DNA of 63,035 bases, filler included, from Octopus bimaculoides (lineage: Eukaryota), in NCBI RefSeq assembly GCF_001194135.2. It is 5 parts of 4 records of this genome, joined end to end, with 100 filler letters (N's around TTAATTAATTAA, not from the genome) between each part and the next. Parts side by side here need not be neighbours in the genome. Positions count along the whole stretch, not along the records: positions 47,517 to 60,607 come from NC_069002.1; positions 60,708 to 63,035 come from NC_068986.1; 3 more parts are not named here. The stretch is one strand, 5' to 3'. Shown here piece after piece: positions 48,298-61,788 of the stretch. A program made the translations under genes and the position numbers. The first letter of the stretch is position 1; each line of letters opens with the position of its first letter. Below the pieces are notes generated by a model. It had not been told where the DNA came from, made no database searches, and worked only from the letters and a program-made list of their open reading frames with translations.

Positions 48298-48941
48298 TAG
48301 CTGAAGTACCCGGTAATAAATTACCGTCAATAAGATGTTAAGCTGTCTGTTCAAATATTTTAAATGTATATTAATGAGTACGGCCAATTTTACGAAAAAT
48401 GATCAGAGTCTGGTAGCGAACCCGTATCGTCGACATTTTTGTGCATGCGCATAAAATGGCGAAATTTCACACTTTGGGGCAGATTTCGTCAAATTGATGT
48501 CACGATGACTAGTGGGCAAAATGCCTAAATTTTGCTTGAGAAATAAAATGTTTTTACATAATCAGAATCTGAAACGCTGGGGAATTAAAACAACGAATTG
48601 AAATAATAAGTTTTAGCAAATCAAAACAATTCGCATTGAAATGAAGAATTAGCAAACGCTAAATAGATTATCGTTAATAAGGTATCTGAACCATTTTGCA
48701 TCAAACAGCGGCATTTTTCGTCAAATTGACGGCTAGGGCGGAAAATGCCGAAATTTTACAATCTTTGAAAAATTGATGTTGGTTAAAGATCTTTTTTTTT
48801 TTTAAATTCCAAATGCGAAATTGACCGCATGGGCATAAACCCCACACACCTGTTTAGTTTCATCGAGTTCTGTTGGATAGACTTGGAGGAGTTAAACTAA
48901 CAATTTCACAAACACACAAACTTGCCATTTATTATTATAGA
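48297..48941 (-). mobile_element. Non-autonomous Helitron, 645 bp
   Basis: The minus strand starts A|TCTATAAT and ends CTAG|T. A perfect hairpin CGGTAAT-aa-ATTACCG (48311..48326) lies 10 nt from CTAG. Inserted between A and T with no TSD. Confidence 0.88.
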
Positions 48942-49027
48942 TATATGTATGTATATGTTTGTGTTCGTGTGCATGTGCGTCTGTATATATGTATGTGCAT
49001 GCATATATGTATGTGCATTTATATGCA

Positions 49028-49068
<41 letters not shown>

Positions 49069-49362
49069 TCTCTAAGTGTTTATTAGAATTATATTCAGGA
49101 ACAAACCTTGTAGGATGCTGTGTAAAGCACGTCCACAGTTATTGACTACCTGATCTCAACCTCAGTTGCGATATCTATCCTACGGTATCTATTTCAGGAA
49201 CTCTTTGGGTTTCGCGGAAACTATATAAATAGATCAGAAATAGTAAATGGAATTCATGACATTCTTTATAAAACTCGACTATAATTGTTTCAACTCAGGC
49301 CGAATCTGTACCTCACAGGTGAAATGTGGATTACAGGCGTCAAACATTCATATGTGTGTGTA

Positions 49363-49413
<51 letters not shown>

Positions 49414-49509
49414 ATGTGTGTATGCGTGTGGTATATTTACCTTTAAATTTGTTTTCATTTTCCAAATTCTCACTTGATTTCATATTGATGGCTGTGTTAA
49501 AGGGGATGT

Positions 49510-50477
49510 GCTCTGCCTACTCAGACCTGGGAGCCTTGGCCAGAAGTAAAGAGTCCATGGACAAGACTACACATTGATTTTGCGGGTCTGTTAAATGGCT
49601 ATCACTGCACTACTTAGTAGTAGTTGACAGTTTTACAAAATGGCCGGAAAATGTTAAGTACAAAAGACGAACCTCCACAACGGTAATAAATTTTTTGCAG
49701 GAATTATTTCCAAGAATTTGCCACCCAAGCGGGATTGTATCTGATAATAGGACTCATTTTTTTTTCAGTGAATTTAGAAAATTCTGCGAAATGTTCACAG
49801 TAGAACATATAACAATAGTGGCTTACCAACCCAGATCCAATGGACAGGCAGAGCATTTTGTGGACACTTTTAAAAGAGCTTTCAGAAAAGAAAACAAGGA
49901 AGTCACAGACGAGGTCGCTCTACAGCAATTCCGAAGTGTATACAGAATAACACCGAACTCCTATTAAACCAGCAGGAAGCTCCCAAGCTGAACTGATGTT
50001 TGTGAGGAATGTGACATCAGTTTTTGATAAACTGTTACCTGGCGAAGAAAGAAACAGTGCCAGAAAAGACAATCCAACTTTTTTCAGAATTGGTGATAAG
50101 ACGTAGATGAGGTCGTATAAAACGGAAAACAATACAAAGAAGAAGGAAAAATTATAAAGTGCATAGAAAAAACTGATATACGGATTTTAAGTAGAAAAGT
50201 TATTGAAAAAAGACACCGAAATGAATTGAAGAAGAGATTCTTAGAAAATGAAACAGTCAGATTGGAAGAACCTCTCGAATGGCTGTATGACACATTGCAG
50301 GTATCAACACAGCGTACAGGTGGAGGGAAAAGGAAGAACACAGAGTTCCTACAAATAGACGCAAACAAAAAAAAAAGTATTAAGTTGAAAACGAAGTACA
50401 CTAAAAAATGGAAAATGGGGTCAATAAAGTAAAAGGAAATTACTTGCTTCCCAAATGAAAAACATTTCAAGGGGAGA
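49510..50477 (+). mobile_element. Gypsy (Mag-like) LTR retrotransposon integrase relic plus PPT
   Basis: Translates to PWTRLHIDFAG...YLVVVDSFTKWPE...IVSDN-x-NGQAEHFV with D,D35E spacing counted, then YRITPN...SPAELM. PPT AAGGGGAGA at 50469..50477. Confidence 0.9.
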
Positions 50478-50622
50478 TGTTGTAGGGAAGATGGTGCACT
50501 CCTTAAAATGTGACAAAGTGGTACGACGCAGCCACTATGAAGTCAAAGACACTGTCGTTGTAGGAGGTCAGTATTAATAGAATCGTTGTACGTGTTCGCA
50601 GTTGGAGTCAATGTCAGTTACA
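50478..50622 (+). mobile_element. Putative 3' LTR (TG...CA, ~145 bp)
   Basis: Starts TGTTGT directly after the PPT; the candidate end GTTACA precedes AT-rich flank. No second LTR is available to confirm the boundary. Confidence 0.55.
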
Positions 50623-50689
50623 TGATATATATATATTGCATTTATCTGAAGTGATATATGCACATATGTATATTTATGCACATAAACGC

Positions 50690-51030
50690 AGGCATAGCAT
50701 GCTTTGCAGCCACGTGCTTTCGGGTTTAACTCCCTCCGCGACACTTTCGGCAAATGTCTCCTACTATGGCCTTGGATTCACTAATGCATTATCAGCGAAT
50801 TTGTAGACGAAAAATATGTGGAAGCCTGTCCATATGTAAGTGCCTTTATACTTGTGTTTGTCATCCCCCCCCCACCGCTTGACATCGCGGACTGGTCACG
50901 TTAGGTCGGCAAAAGAAAGCGTTAGAGGTAATAATAGACTTGGGTGAAATTATAAGTAGTGTGTTTGAGGAAAACCATTGAAAGCGGTGCTCTAGTATGG
51001 CCGCTGTCCAGTAACTGAAGTAAGTAAAAG
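50690..51030 (+). mobile_element. Old SINE family A copy
   Basis: cgacactttcggcaaatgtctcctactatggcc...gtagacgaaaa...gaagcctgtc...gcggtgctctagtatggccgc. Confidence 0.7.
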
Positions 51031-51336
51031 TTACAAGATATGGGTATGCATGTCTGCGCATGTGTAACAGTGTTTCTAATTTGCATATCAATCATAAGTC
51101 ATGTTGCCACTTCTACACCTGATATCATGAAATATTAATCAGAGTCTCATACTTATTAACAGTCGAGGAGATTGGAGCAATGAGAAAACATTCCATGCTC
51201 CAGGACTCAACGTGCTGCCCGATCCAGGAATCGGAACCCACAAACTTCTGATCATGATCACAACATCCTAAACACCAGGACATCAACACACACNNNNNNN
51301 NNNCATGATCACAACATCCTAAACACCAGGACATCA

Positions 51337-51367
<31 letters not shown>

Positions 51368-52069
51368 TACATACATACATAGATACATACATACATACAC
51401 ACACACAAACACACATAAAGAGACGTGATACTACACGTATAGATTATGTTAAGATAAGTAGGCGCGTGTACTTATGTATATACTTATGAATGAACGTATA
51501 TCGCTGAATTCATGATGAGCAAACAGTGGTAGTGCGTTTTCAGCAGTCATATTCCATTAAATAGCTCCACGTGAGATCTAACAATCATTAGAGTACAAGT
51601 GAGAAAATGAAAGCAGATACACCAAATGCGCCAGCAGGAGATTTTTTATGAAACAAACTTTTTCTATACGAACCTATTTTAGTATGCATTACTATTAGTC
51701 AGTCAGTACATTTATTAATCGTTTATTTCCTATATATATATATGTATGAATGACACAGTGCCTGGCTCTAGTTCTTCCTAATGTAAAGTTATTTGTATTT
51801 TTGCATTGGTCTATATGTTTGTATGTATTTAAATGAAATCTACCTTAAGTAGATTCGCTGTAAGATAAACGATGGATATTTTACTGTTATATTTTCTTAA
51901 CTCGGCGCATTCTTTAAGCTAAGCACAGCCGTGTACACTTCTAATGCGAGCACTAAATATAAATCCCATCAAGCAAACAAAAATAGAGAAGTATATATAC
52001 ACAAATACACTCGGAAACACACATACACAGTTACTTATGCGTTTATGCATATTGTATACGCATGTATTT

Positions 52070-52101
<32 letters not shown>

Positions 52102-53859
52102 TGTGTTTGTGTGTGTGTGTGTGTGTGTATGCCTGTGCGTGTGTGTACACGTACATTTCTGCACACATGTATCTCTGTGCGTTTACAATATAGCGTGTAT
52201 AACATGCATACAGGAACTTATGTGTAGCGATGCTGCTTGACGAAATGGTTAAATAATTCGCTTCGCAATCATAACTCACCGGGTTCAATCTTAGCGTGTG
52301 GTATACTGTGCAGTATACTTTAGCATAGTCTTGTGACTAAATTTGCATCGACAGGAACCTGTCAGAAGAATTGTTCCTGTAGTACAAATATCTGCCTCAC
52401 ATTGTGTCACATCAAGCATGTTGTGATATCAAGCAATGCTCATACACACAACAAAAAATTCCACTGAGATGATAACATTTCGGCTTCTTATACTAGACAA
52501 ATAACTTTATTGAGGGACACTCATTCATATCAATCACATTATATTCATGATCCTGCTATTGTTTTCATTCACATCTTAACATCGTTGACCACTCCTATAC
52601 TTTACCAAGCTTCTAATGCTTATACAGAATGTCTAATCATTTATGAAAAGATACTATTAATTGGAGGCGACACCTGTCAGAGAGTTTAGAGATATCCCAT
52701 GAGCTATCAATACCGACATAAAATAAGCGTGTGTAGAATTTCCTTATTCTTGAACTAAGTAGATAATCTTCAATTCTGAATAAACTTGATAAATGGTGAT
52801 CAGGAAGTATTTTATACTTTTGCTTTCATCATTAGTATTGAGAATTCAACTAATATTGCGGTTCATGATGATATACTTGCTATTTTGGTAGAAAGAATTT
52901 CCAATGAATATGTTGTAAAAAAATGGTCTGAAAGAAGCGAATTGCTGAGTTATATTCGAATACTATTTTCGATAGGAAACGGTGTACATCCTCAAACGTA
53001 GCAACTTTTCAACCCAAAACTGGGGCAACTAAAGAATACAGAAGTAATTATCTTATTTTTGATGAAAATGACGACGAGGACGACGATGATGATGATGATG
53101 GCGGTGATGAAGATGGCGGTACTGCTGCTGCTGCTAATGATGACGACGACGACGGCAACGGATTCTTAAATTGCCAAAGTCCCTCAGCTAAGCTACTTCG
53201 CATTATAAATGTAAAATTTGGCTTTAATATGATGTTAATACGTAATTTCAATGTATGAAGTTATGCAAGATGTTATGAAGTTATTGCAAAGGAATTAATG
53301 GGAACTGTTAAAGAAATACCCCTCACTTCATGCAGAAACTATAGCTGCTACCTGTGCAAGTCAAACTGACATGATTCCATGCATAGATTTGGTATCGAGA
53401 GAGCGGAATATCCATTTTAGCGTCGTAATAAACAGTGACATTTCATATCAGTTTTTTTTCTTTTATAATAAATAAATTCCAGGCACAGCGTCTTAATAAA
53501 CTAAAATGGAAACAAGCCATGCCAATGTTTAGGCGTACAGAATTATAAACCAAATTTGTATAGTACATGAAATGATAGATTTTAGCTCACACAAAACAAG
53601 GCCACCTTATATGAAATTATTGTGTTTTAACTAGTATTGTAGTCGTAAATTAAATAGTTTACTAAAGTACATGCGTTTGATATTATTCCTTAAACTATTG
53701 CAATGCGTTACTAAGGTAACATCTTTACATAAAAAAAAACGCATTTGTTATTTAGGTATTCACTTCAGGATATTTAACTTAAATAGAATATATCTCTAGG
53801 ATAAAGCAAAAATAAAAGTTTCAAATTAATCAAATTCTTGTATGTCTATAAATCAAAAT

Positions 53860-54082
53860 ATTGTATTCTTTTATTATTTCAGTCATTTCACTGCAGCCAG
53901 GCTGGAGCACCGCCTAAACAGCTTTTATTCTTTCTCCCTCGCAGAAATCGACCCCTAGTACTTATTATATCGGTCTGTTTTGCCGAACTGTTATGTTACG
54001 GGGACGTAAACACACCAACATCGGTTGTGAAGCCTTATTGGGGACAAAGGCAGACAGAAAGACTCACACTTACATACATTTA

Positions 54083-54120
<38 letters not shown>
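53860..54120 (-). mobile_element. SINE family A, 3' half
   Basis: tttcagtcatttcactgc.gccaggctggagcaccgcct...ttgccgaac...ggggacgtaaacacaccaacatcggttgt. Confidence 0.8.
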
Positions 54121-54124
<4 letters not shown>

Positions 54125-54635
54125 ATGATAAATAGTCTTACCGATAAAGGTTTTTTTCATACTGAACTACTTGGCAGAATTGTTAATTATTAATTCTATT
54201 ATTAATTGACGATTCTCTGCCCTTATTCTTGTATATTTATATTTGATATCTCTAAGTTAGATGGCTAAACCGTAATCCAGTTTCGACACGGAACTTTTTT
54301 TCATACGGGACTNNNNNNNNNNNNNNNNNNNNNNNNNNNNNNNNNNNNNNNNNNNNNNNNNNNNNNNNNNNNNNNNNNNNNNNNNNNNNNNNNNNNNNNN
54401 NNNNNNNNNNNNNNNNNNNNNNNNNNNNNNNNNNNNNNNNNNNNNNNNNNNNNNNNNNNNNNNNNNNNNNNNNNNNNNNNNNNNNNNNNNNNNNNNNNNN
54501 NNNNNNNNNNNNNNNNNNNNNNNNNNNNNNNNNNNNNNNNNNNNNNNNNNNNNNNNNNNNNNNNNNNNNNNNNNNNNNNNNNNNNNNNNNNNNNNNNNNN
54601 NNNNNNNNNNNNNNNNNNNNNNNNNNNNNNNNNNN

Positions 54636-54671
<36 letters not shown>

Positions 54672-54780
54672 ATGATAAATAGTCTTACCGATAAAGGTTT
54701 TTTTCATACTGAACTACTTGGCAGAATTGTTAATTATTAATTCTATTATTAATTGACGATTCTCTGCCCTTATTCTTGTA

Positions 54781-54821
<41 letters not shown>

Positions 54822-54824
54822 GCT

Positions 54825-54960
54825 ACTTTCAGTTCCTGTCTAACAAATTCACTCACAGGGCTTTAGTCGGGCCGAGGATACAGGAGAATACACTTCCGGG
54901 ACTGAACCCGGAACTATAGGGTAAGCAGCAAGCGTCTTAACACACAACCATGCCTCTGCC
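54825..54960 (-). mobile_element. SINE family A, 5' part
   Basis: tttcagttcctgtctaacaaattcactcacagggc...actgaacccggaac...cacacaaccatgcct. Confidence 0.75.
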
Positions 54961-55662
54961 TATGTATATCTAATTATTTTAAAGTTATAACATGGAAGCT
55001 GACGCCGTCGAATATCGAAAAATCTCGATACTTATTGGTAGATATCTACAGGAATTGTGTTTTTTTTTTGTTTTTTGTTTTTTTGAACAGCGATTGAAGT
55101 GTTGAGATTGATGTCACTGGAATTCATTGATATGATTCTTATGTTTTAATTATATTGTGAAAATGTAGACCAAATCAAAATTGACTTTCAAAAACATTAT
55201 TCATACGATTATTCAGAAAACATATTGGGATATTATAAGGTTAACAAAAAGAAATTATAGCACCATATATAATTACTTGAAATGTTTACAAAGATATAAA
55301 TATTAGAAAGCATATTCAAGAAGTTCATTTCCTGGTCCCTTTTGTAATATGTGTGACGGAATGTAAGGTTTACAGCAAGCGGCATTCAGAGCACATATAT
55401 AGTACGATAACAAAGAGAACGATAAGGAGGACGTAGCTAGATTCTGTATTACTTTAAAAGGTTTTTTTGCGTCTTGCATTAATTCAGGTATGTAAGTAAT
55501 TTATTTATTATTAAATATATTATAAATTATTTGCATCTTTTTATGTTACGAAACAATTTGAATTTGATATTTGAATTTTCTTATTCCTAAATAAAATTTC
55601 ACCAAGCTATTTATGACATTGTATGTATATGTGTGTGTGTGTGTGTGTGCGTGTTTAATGTT

Positions 55663-55693
<31 letters not shown>

Positions 55694-55835
55694 GTGTGTT
55701 TGATGTATGTGTGTGTGTGTTCATATATGTATTTAGGTATGTTTGTATGTATACATGACTAAATGTATGTATATGTATTACCAACTAAATCCAAAATCGT
55801 GGTTACCAAAAACGTATGTATTGATTGATATATCG

Positions 55836-56215
55836 TGGCACTCCGTCGATTACGACGACGATGGTTCCAATCGAACCGATCAAGGGAACAGCCTGCTCGT
55901 GAAATTAACGTGCAAGAGGCTGATCACTCTACAGGTACGTGTACTCTAAACATACTTCGCGGGGAGATTCAGCATGACACAGAATGTGACAAGACTACCC
56001 CTTTAAAATACATGGGGAACAGAAACAAGAAGAAAGAGTGAGAGTAAGTTGCGGTGAAAGAGTACAGCAGGGTTTGCCACCACCCCGCTGCCGGGGCCTC
56101 GTAGGGCTTTAGGTGTTTTCGTTCAGTAAGCACTCACACCGTCCGTTCTAAGAATTGAAACCACGATCCTACGACCACGAGTCCGCTACCTTAACCACAA
56201 GGCCATTGCCACACC
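55836..56215 (-). mobile_element. Full-length SINE family B
   Basis: Reverse complement of 7521..7906, diverged. Confidence 0.85.
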
Positions 56216-56301
56216 ACGACTGAGTGCTTGTATTACACTTGTACATAAATATGCATGCATGTATCTATAAATACATGCGCACGCACACACACATACACAC
56301 A

Positions 56302-56338
<37 letters not shown>

Positions 56339-56868
56339 GCCCATTCACACATATGTATGTATACAGATTAAGAGAGAGTGAGTGAGAGTGCGAGAGTTGT
56401 AAATATGTTGACTTTATTAGAAGCATGCACACATGTATATAAAACATTCTGTAAAATATTTTTGGAGTAAATAATAAATGATATAAAACGTTGATAATCT
56501 GTGATGACGCAAAAAGATATTTTAATTATTATCGTTATTCAAATTCTCAGAAAGATTGCGTTTCCCTCATTAACTCTTTCCTGTAAGGGGAAACTTAAAT
56601 TTAATATACCTCCAGCAACTTGCATGTATGTGGTGTTCATTGTATCAGAAACAAACTTCAGGTTTCATAAATTCGAGAATTTTATTTTCTGCATAATTTG
56701 GCGATCCAGACGTTATTATATATAAGTTCCCTACTTTGAAGTATATATATGGAAAAGATAATTAAAAAATAATTGGTCAAGGATTGTATATGCTTAAAGG
56801 CTTCCTCGTAAAGAAAGTAAATATTCCCCAATAAAATATCCCTTGATGCGTTATTTTGTTATAAATCG

Positions 56869-56911
<43 letters not shown>

Positions 56912-57650
56912 GCGTTCATATATATACATACACACATATATAAATAAGGATACACATACATTTACGTGTGTCTTAAAAGGTTTACATACATATAGATTTA
57001 TTAATTTCTCATTGATTGCTAGGTAACTCTCAGATGTACATAAACGTTGAAAATATTGTAAAATTGTTATCATGGGACATTGAAAATTGATTCGGTTTTA
57101 TCTTTGTTCTGTGATTCTAAGATATTAAGTTTCATTATTAAATGTCTTCCGTAAGGATGAATTATAAATTTTCCAAATCACACACGTATACACATACACA
57201 TACACACACTCACATACACACACGCACAAATATATGTTCAAATTCGCACACACGCGTGTGTGCATGCACATACACACGCGTACACACACAAGTACGCCAT
57301 ATCGTGAAGATTCAAAATAAAACAAAACCTTTACAGTGAAACATATCGAGGTATCGCAGATTGCTCGTACAGGTGTCAGCAACAATTGTTTTGACAGTCA
57401 CTTGATGGAGAGATTCCACTCATTCTTCTCCAAGTTCCGAGGCATTCGTGACCACTTCCAACGAAGCTGCTGACCCTGATCTCAAAGCTCTCCATCAAGT
57501 ACACTAGTATCTTGTAAAGCAGAAGGTATTGGAGTGTCCGTGGGCGGATGCCATGTGGGTAAACGGTAGACTTGAAATATTTAGCATACGGAAGGAAGCT
57601 ATACGGGTAAATAGTAGACATGAAATATTTAGCTAGGCGTGATATATGTT

Positions 57651-58595
57651 CGAGGGCCGTTCAAAAAGCATGCGCCAAAATTAAAGCTGCGTGGACACAA
57701 TCATTTTGGTGGAAGATGACACCACTCATCTTGTGCACGGACGAACATATTCTCACTGGCAGGCCGTGTCAGCTCTTATTCTTAACCCCCAAATCACAGA
57801 AGAATAGTACGCGTCTATCGGATTTCCTTTTTCAGACAAGATGACCGAATGCACAGATCAGAGATATTGCGTCAACTTTTTCCATATGATTAGTGATACA
57901 GAAATTCAACCCATCCAGAAGATTTAGCAAGCATTTGACAATGATTCCATGAACAAAACTCAGATCAAGTAGTTGCACAGCCGCTTCAAACATGCTCGCA
58001 TCTCAGTGGAGAAAGAGACTCACTCAGACATGTCACCCACAAAACGAAGCGAAAAGCCGATTGAGAAGGTTCAGCGAATAGTCATGAACGGCCGTACAGT
58101 AACAAAACAGGAAATTACTCACGACGTGGGAATAAACACAGAAGCAGTACATTCCAATTTAACGGAGGTTTTTTGCATGCGGTGAGTATCGGGGAAAAAT
58201 ACATTCGGATTCATTTTGAACGCACCTAGTAATCCAAGCTTTCTTGGTCGAGAAAGGCATACCACATGAACACGTCTTCGCCAAGTTGCTTACCCCCACC
58301 GACTTGACATTGTGCGACTTCTGGCTCTTTCACAAACTGAAAACTACACTGAAAAAGAAGCGATTGAATCGTAAGAGAAAATTATGTGAAACGCGACAGT
58401 AGAGCTCCATAGCATTCCAGACAATGCGTTCCAGGTGTGTTATTGGCTGCGTCAGAACCTGTGCGAGAAGTGTGAGAATTCCAAGTCTGAGTATTTCGAA
58501 CATCATTAAATAAATAGATGAAATGAAGAAAACTGTTGTGTTTTTTTGGTTTTTTTTGTTGGTCCAACGTTCGGATACTTTTTGAACGCACTTCA
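57651..58595 (+). mobile_element. Internally deleted mariner element with degenerate TIRs
   Basis: TIRs cgagggccgttcaaaaagcatgcg / cggatactttttgaacgcacttca(ta). Peptides MTECTDQRYCVNF...RFKHARISVE... and TPTDLTLCDFWLFHKLK (the YSPDLAPCDFWLF region). Confidence 0.85.
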
Positions 58596-59644
58596 TATCT
58601 AAGGTAGTTCAACTCGCAAATGTTCACAACTTGTTGCGATTTGTCCACGTAATGTAGATTGCAATCAAAATCACTTTTTAGGCTTTTTACTGAAGAAGAA
58701 TATTTGTGCGGCGAATTGGGAAAAGAAATGTGTGGTTAGACCAACATAGCTTCCGCAAAAGAGAGCTGGCTTCTTTTAAGTGTTTCTTCAGCATTTTCGT
58801 TTGTGACAGCTAGAAATCCTTTGCAATGATGAGAGAATACTTCCGAGTCCTTTTTTTCCTTCCGAGTTTATCTGATCAAATACGTAAAATCGCTTCCACA
58901 TATCCTGCCACTTTTCTGAATTGAGAAATCAAATCAGGATTTCTTGAATAAGAATTTCTACAAGAACACAAAACAGAGAATATATGCTTTAAAGAAACGC
59001 ATTCTTTGCATAATCATTCCTGCAAATTACAACCCTAAAATCAGCGCTGGAATTTGGAATTTAGGAACTATTTGAATGCGCACAGATAGCGCAAAATACA
59101 AAGTAGACTCTCGTAGGATAGCTGTTTCATTTATGTGTAAGAGATCTCAGATGAAATTGGTGAGTGACAAAAAAGACAAGGGCAGAAGGATTGACTATTG
59201 AGAGAGTAATATAAAGATAGGATAGAAGCAGCGACGAAGGAGCGGCTGAAAGTGAGAAAATGCTCAATTTATATAAGGTAGAGTGTGGTGGAGTTGGTCA
59301 TGGTAGTCACCGGCACAAGAGGCTTTTCAACAGCTTATCACATACAAACATACATAAGAAGGTTTGTAGCACGCATTACAATATCACCAGATATAAACAC
59401 GTAATGAAGAAAACGGAAATATTTATCACATATTCAATTCAAGGGCAACATATATTATGTAAATATCCCACCCACATGTAAATATACTTATATTTCTGTA
59501 TGCATGCATATATATGTAAGTGTGTGTATGCGTGTTTGTCTGTGTATGTGTGTGATTAAATGACAAGGGGATGGTAACTACGTAATGGACTTCTTTAGCA
59601 TACAACTGTTTCTGCTACAAATGCAGCGCAATAGCAGTGCTCAC

Positions 59645-60256
59645 ACTAAGATATCCTCCCAAACCCTAATTCTCTATGGCTATAGATTCACTTGACCACA
59701 TGAAAAAAAAAATCTCAGAGGAGGTCATCTAGATAGTGGTAAATGACCAGAAAAATAGGTATGGTAGGGGTGACATAAACTCTTTCACTATTATCAGTTA
59801 ACGAAGCTTACAATAGAAAATATAGGACGATGCAATGAGATCTAGATGAGCATTAGGTGTACAGAGGGAAAAAATAGATATAATCAAGATATCACAAAAT
59901 CTATGTATTTAGTATAATAAAAGGAAACATTAAAAAAAAACAACAAAAGTAACTTAAAATAAAAAAAAATTATGTTTACTTTATTATACTAAATATAATA
60001 ATACATATATTTTGCATTTTGATTATATCTATTTTTCTCCCTCTGTATTCCTAATGGCCAACTAGTTATCATGGTAGCGTCCTATATCTTCTATTGATAA
60101 CTGATAATAATAAAAGAGTTTATGTCACACCCCGCTCTACCTATTTTTCTGGGCATTAACCACTATCTAAATGACTTCCTCTCAGTTTTGTCTTTTCAAG
60201 TGGTCAAATGAATCTGTAGCCATAGAAAATTGTGGCTTGGAAGAATATCTAACAAG
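59645..60256. repeat. ~610-bp foldback (long imperfect inverted repeat)
   Basis: Arms 59668..59929 and 59972..60231 are reverse-complementary along their length (roughly 80% by eye) around a ~42-nt A-rich spacer, with weaker pairing beyond. Confidence 0.9.
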
Positions 60257-60707
60257 ATTAATTTATGACTAGCAACTAGAATTTAACTGTCAGCTCATAG
60301 TGTCTTAATACTAGATCTTAAGAGAATAAATAAAAACTGTAGCTAACTTACCAATCTCATGACCTCCACCACCTCCTACCGGTTTCTGCCATTCCAAAAT
60401 TGTAGTTGCTTCTCTTTAAGCTTAGTCTGCTACATTACTAGCAGCAGGGAACTCTTTCCTTCTCAAACTGTGATGGAATATTTGCTAAAGTTATAATAGA
60501 ATATCGTGAAAATTTGCATTTTGCAACTGAAGTTGGTGCTGTATTTCAAGTTGATGTAATGCTTGCATTGTTTCATTAAATGAAACCGCCTGAAACGGCC
60601 GTTTATANNNNNNNNNNNNNNNNNNNNNNNNNNNNNNNNNNNNNNNNNNNNTTAATTAATTAANNNNNNNNNNNNNNNNNNNNNNNNNNNNNNNNNNNNN
60701 NNNNNNN

Positions 60708-60870
60708 TGGCTTGTTTACGTCTCCGTAATTTAGTAGTTCGGCAAAAGAGACCGATAGAATAAGTACTAGGCTTTTAAAACATAAGCCATGGGGTGGATT
60801 TGTTCGACTACACTCTTCAAGTTGGTGCTCCAGCATGGCCGCAGTCAAAAATAACTGAAACAAATAAAGA
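60708..60870 (+). mobile_element. SINE family A, 3' part
   Basis: ttcggcaaaagagaccgatagaataagtactagg...ggtgctccagcatggccgcagtc. Confidence 0.85.
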
Positions 60871-61733
60871 AAATATATATATATATATATGTATATGTTT
60901 TTACTCAAACCCTAATCGTGAAACCAAGTAAATTCTTTAAGAGATAATTTGAATGTAAACTATTCCAGAATGGTGTAGAAACACACAGTGTGGTAAATAA
61001 ATTAGTAAAATCAGATGTTTAAATTAGATATTCGGACGGTGCAGCTGTAAGACATAGAAACATTCCAGGCGGCAACCATATAAAAGGCCGTTTGGTAAAA
61101 TAGTTTGGCAAACCATCATTTAAGCAATACTATAACCGTTAGCTCATTGACATATGATGTATTTAGTTCATTACATTTCTCTGCTGGTACAACAAGCTTA
61201 TGATCTTCCAAAGGTGGTCGCCTGTCTGTCATCATCGCTAAAAAATGTATTTGGTTCACCCACTTCTTGTATTCCATTCTGTACTTCATTGGCCAAATTC
61301 TCAATTAATCACTTCGACTAACTTTTCTCATGGGTGAGAAGTGATGTTTCACTGAAAACCCCTCCGGCGTCTGGGTTTGTTTTTGTTGTTTTGCATTTTC
61401 GTTGTTTTNNNNNNNNNNNNNNNNNNNNNNNNNNNNNNNNNNNNNNNNNNNNNNNNNNNNNNNNNNNNNNNNNNNNNNNNNNNNNNNNNNNNNNNNNNNN
61501 NNNNNNNNNNNNNNNNNNNNNNNNNNNNNNNNNNNNNNNNNNNNNNNNNNNNNNNNNNNNNNNNNNNNNNNNNNNNNNNNNNNNNNNNNNNNNNNNNNNN
61601 NNNNNNNNNNNNNNNNNNNNNNNNNNNNNNNNNNNNNNNNNNNNNNNNNNNNNNNNNNNNNNNNNNNNNNNNNNNNNNNNNNNNNNNNNNNNNNNNNNNN
61701 NNNNNNNNNNNNNNNNNNNNNNNNNNNNNNNNN

Positions 61734-61788
<55 letters not shown>

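Noticed and set aside
54098-54786. Identical ~150-bp blocks on both sides of a gap (similar cases at 16471..16553 and 51254..51343)
   Set aside because: Typical unmerged contig overlap across a gap.
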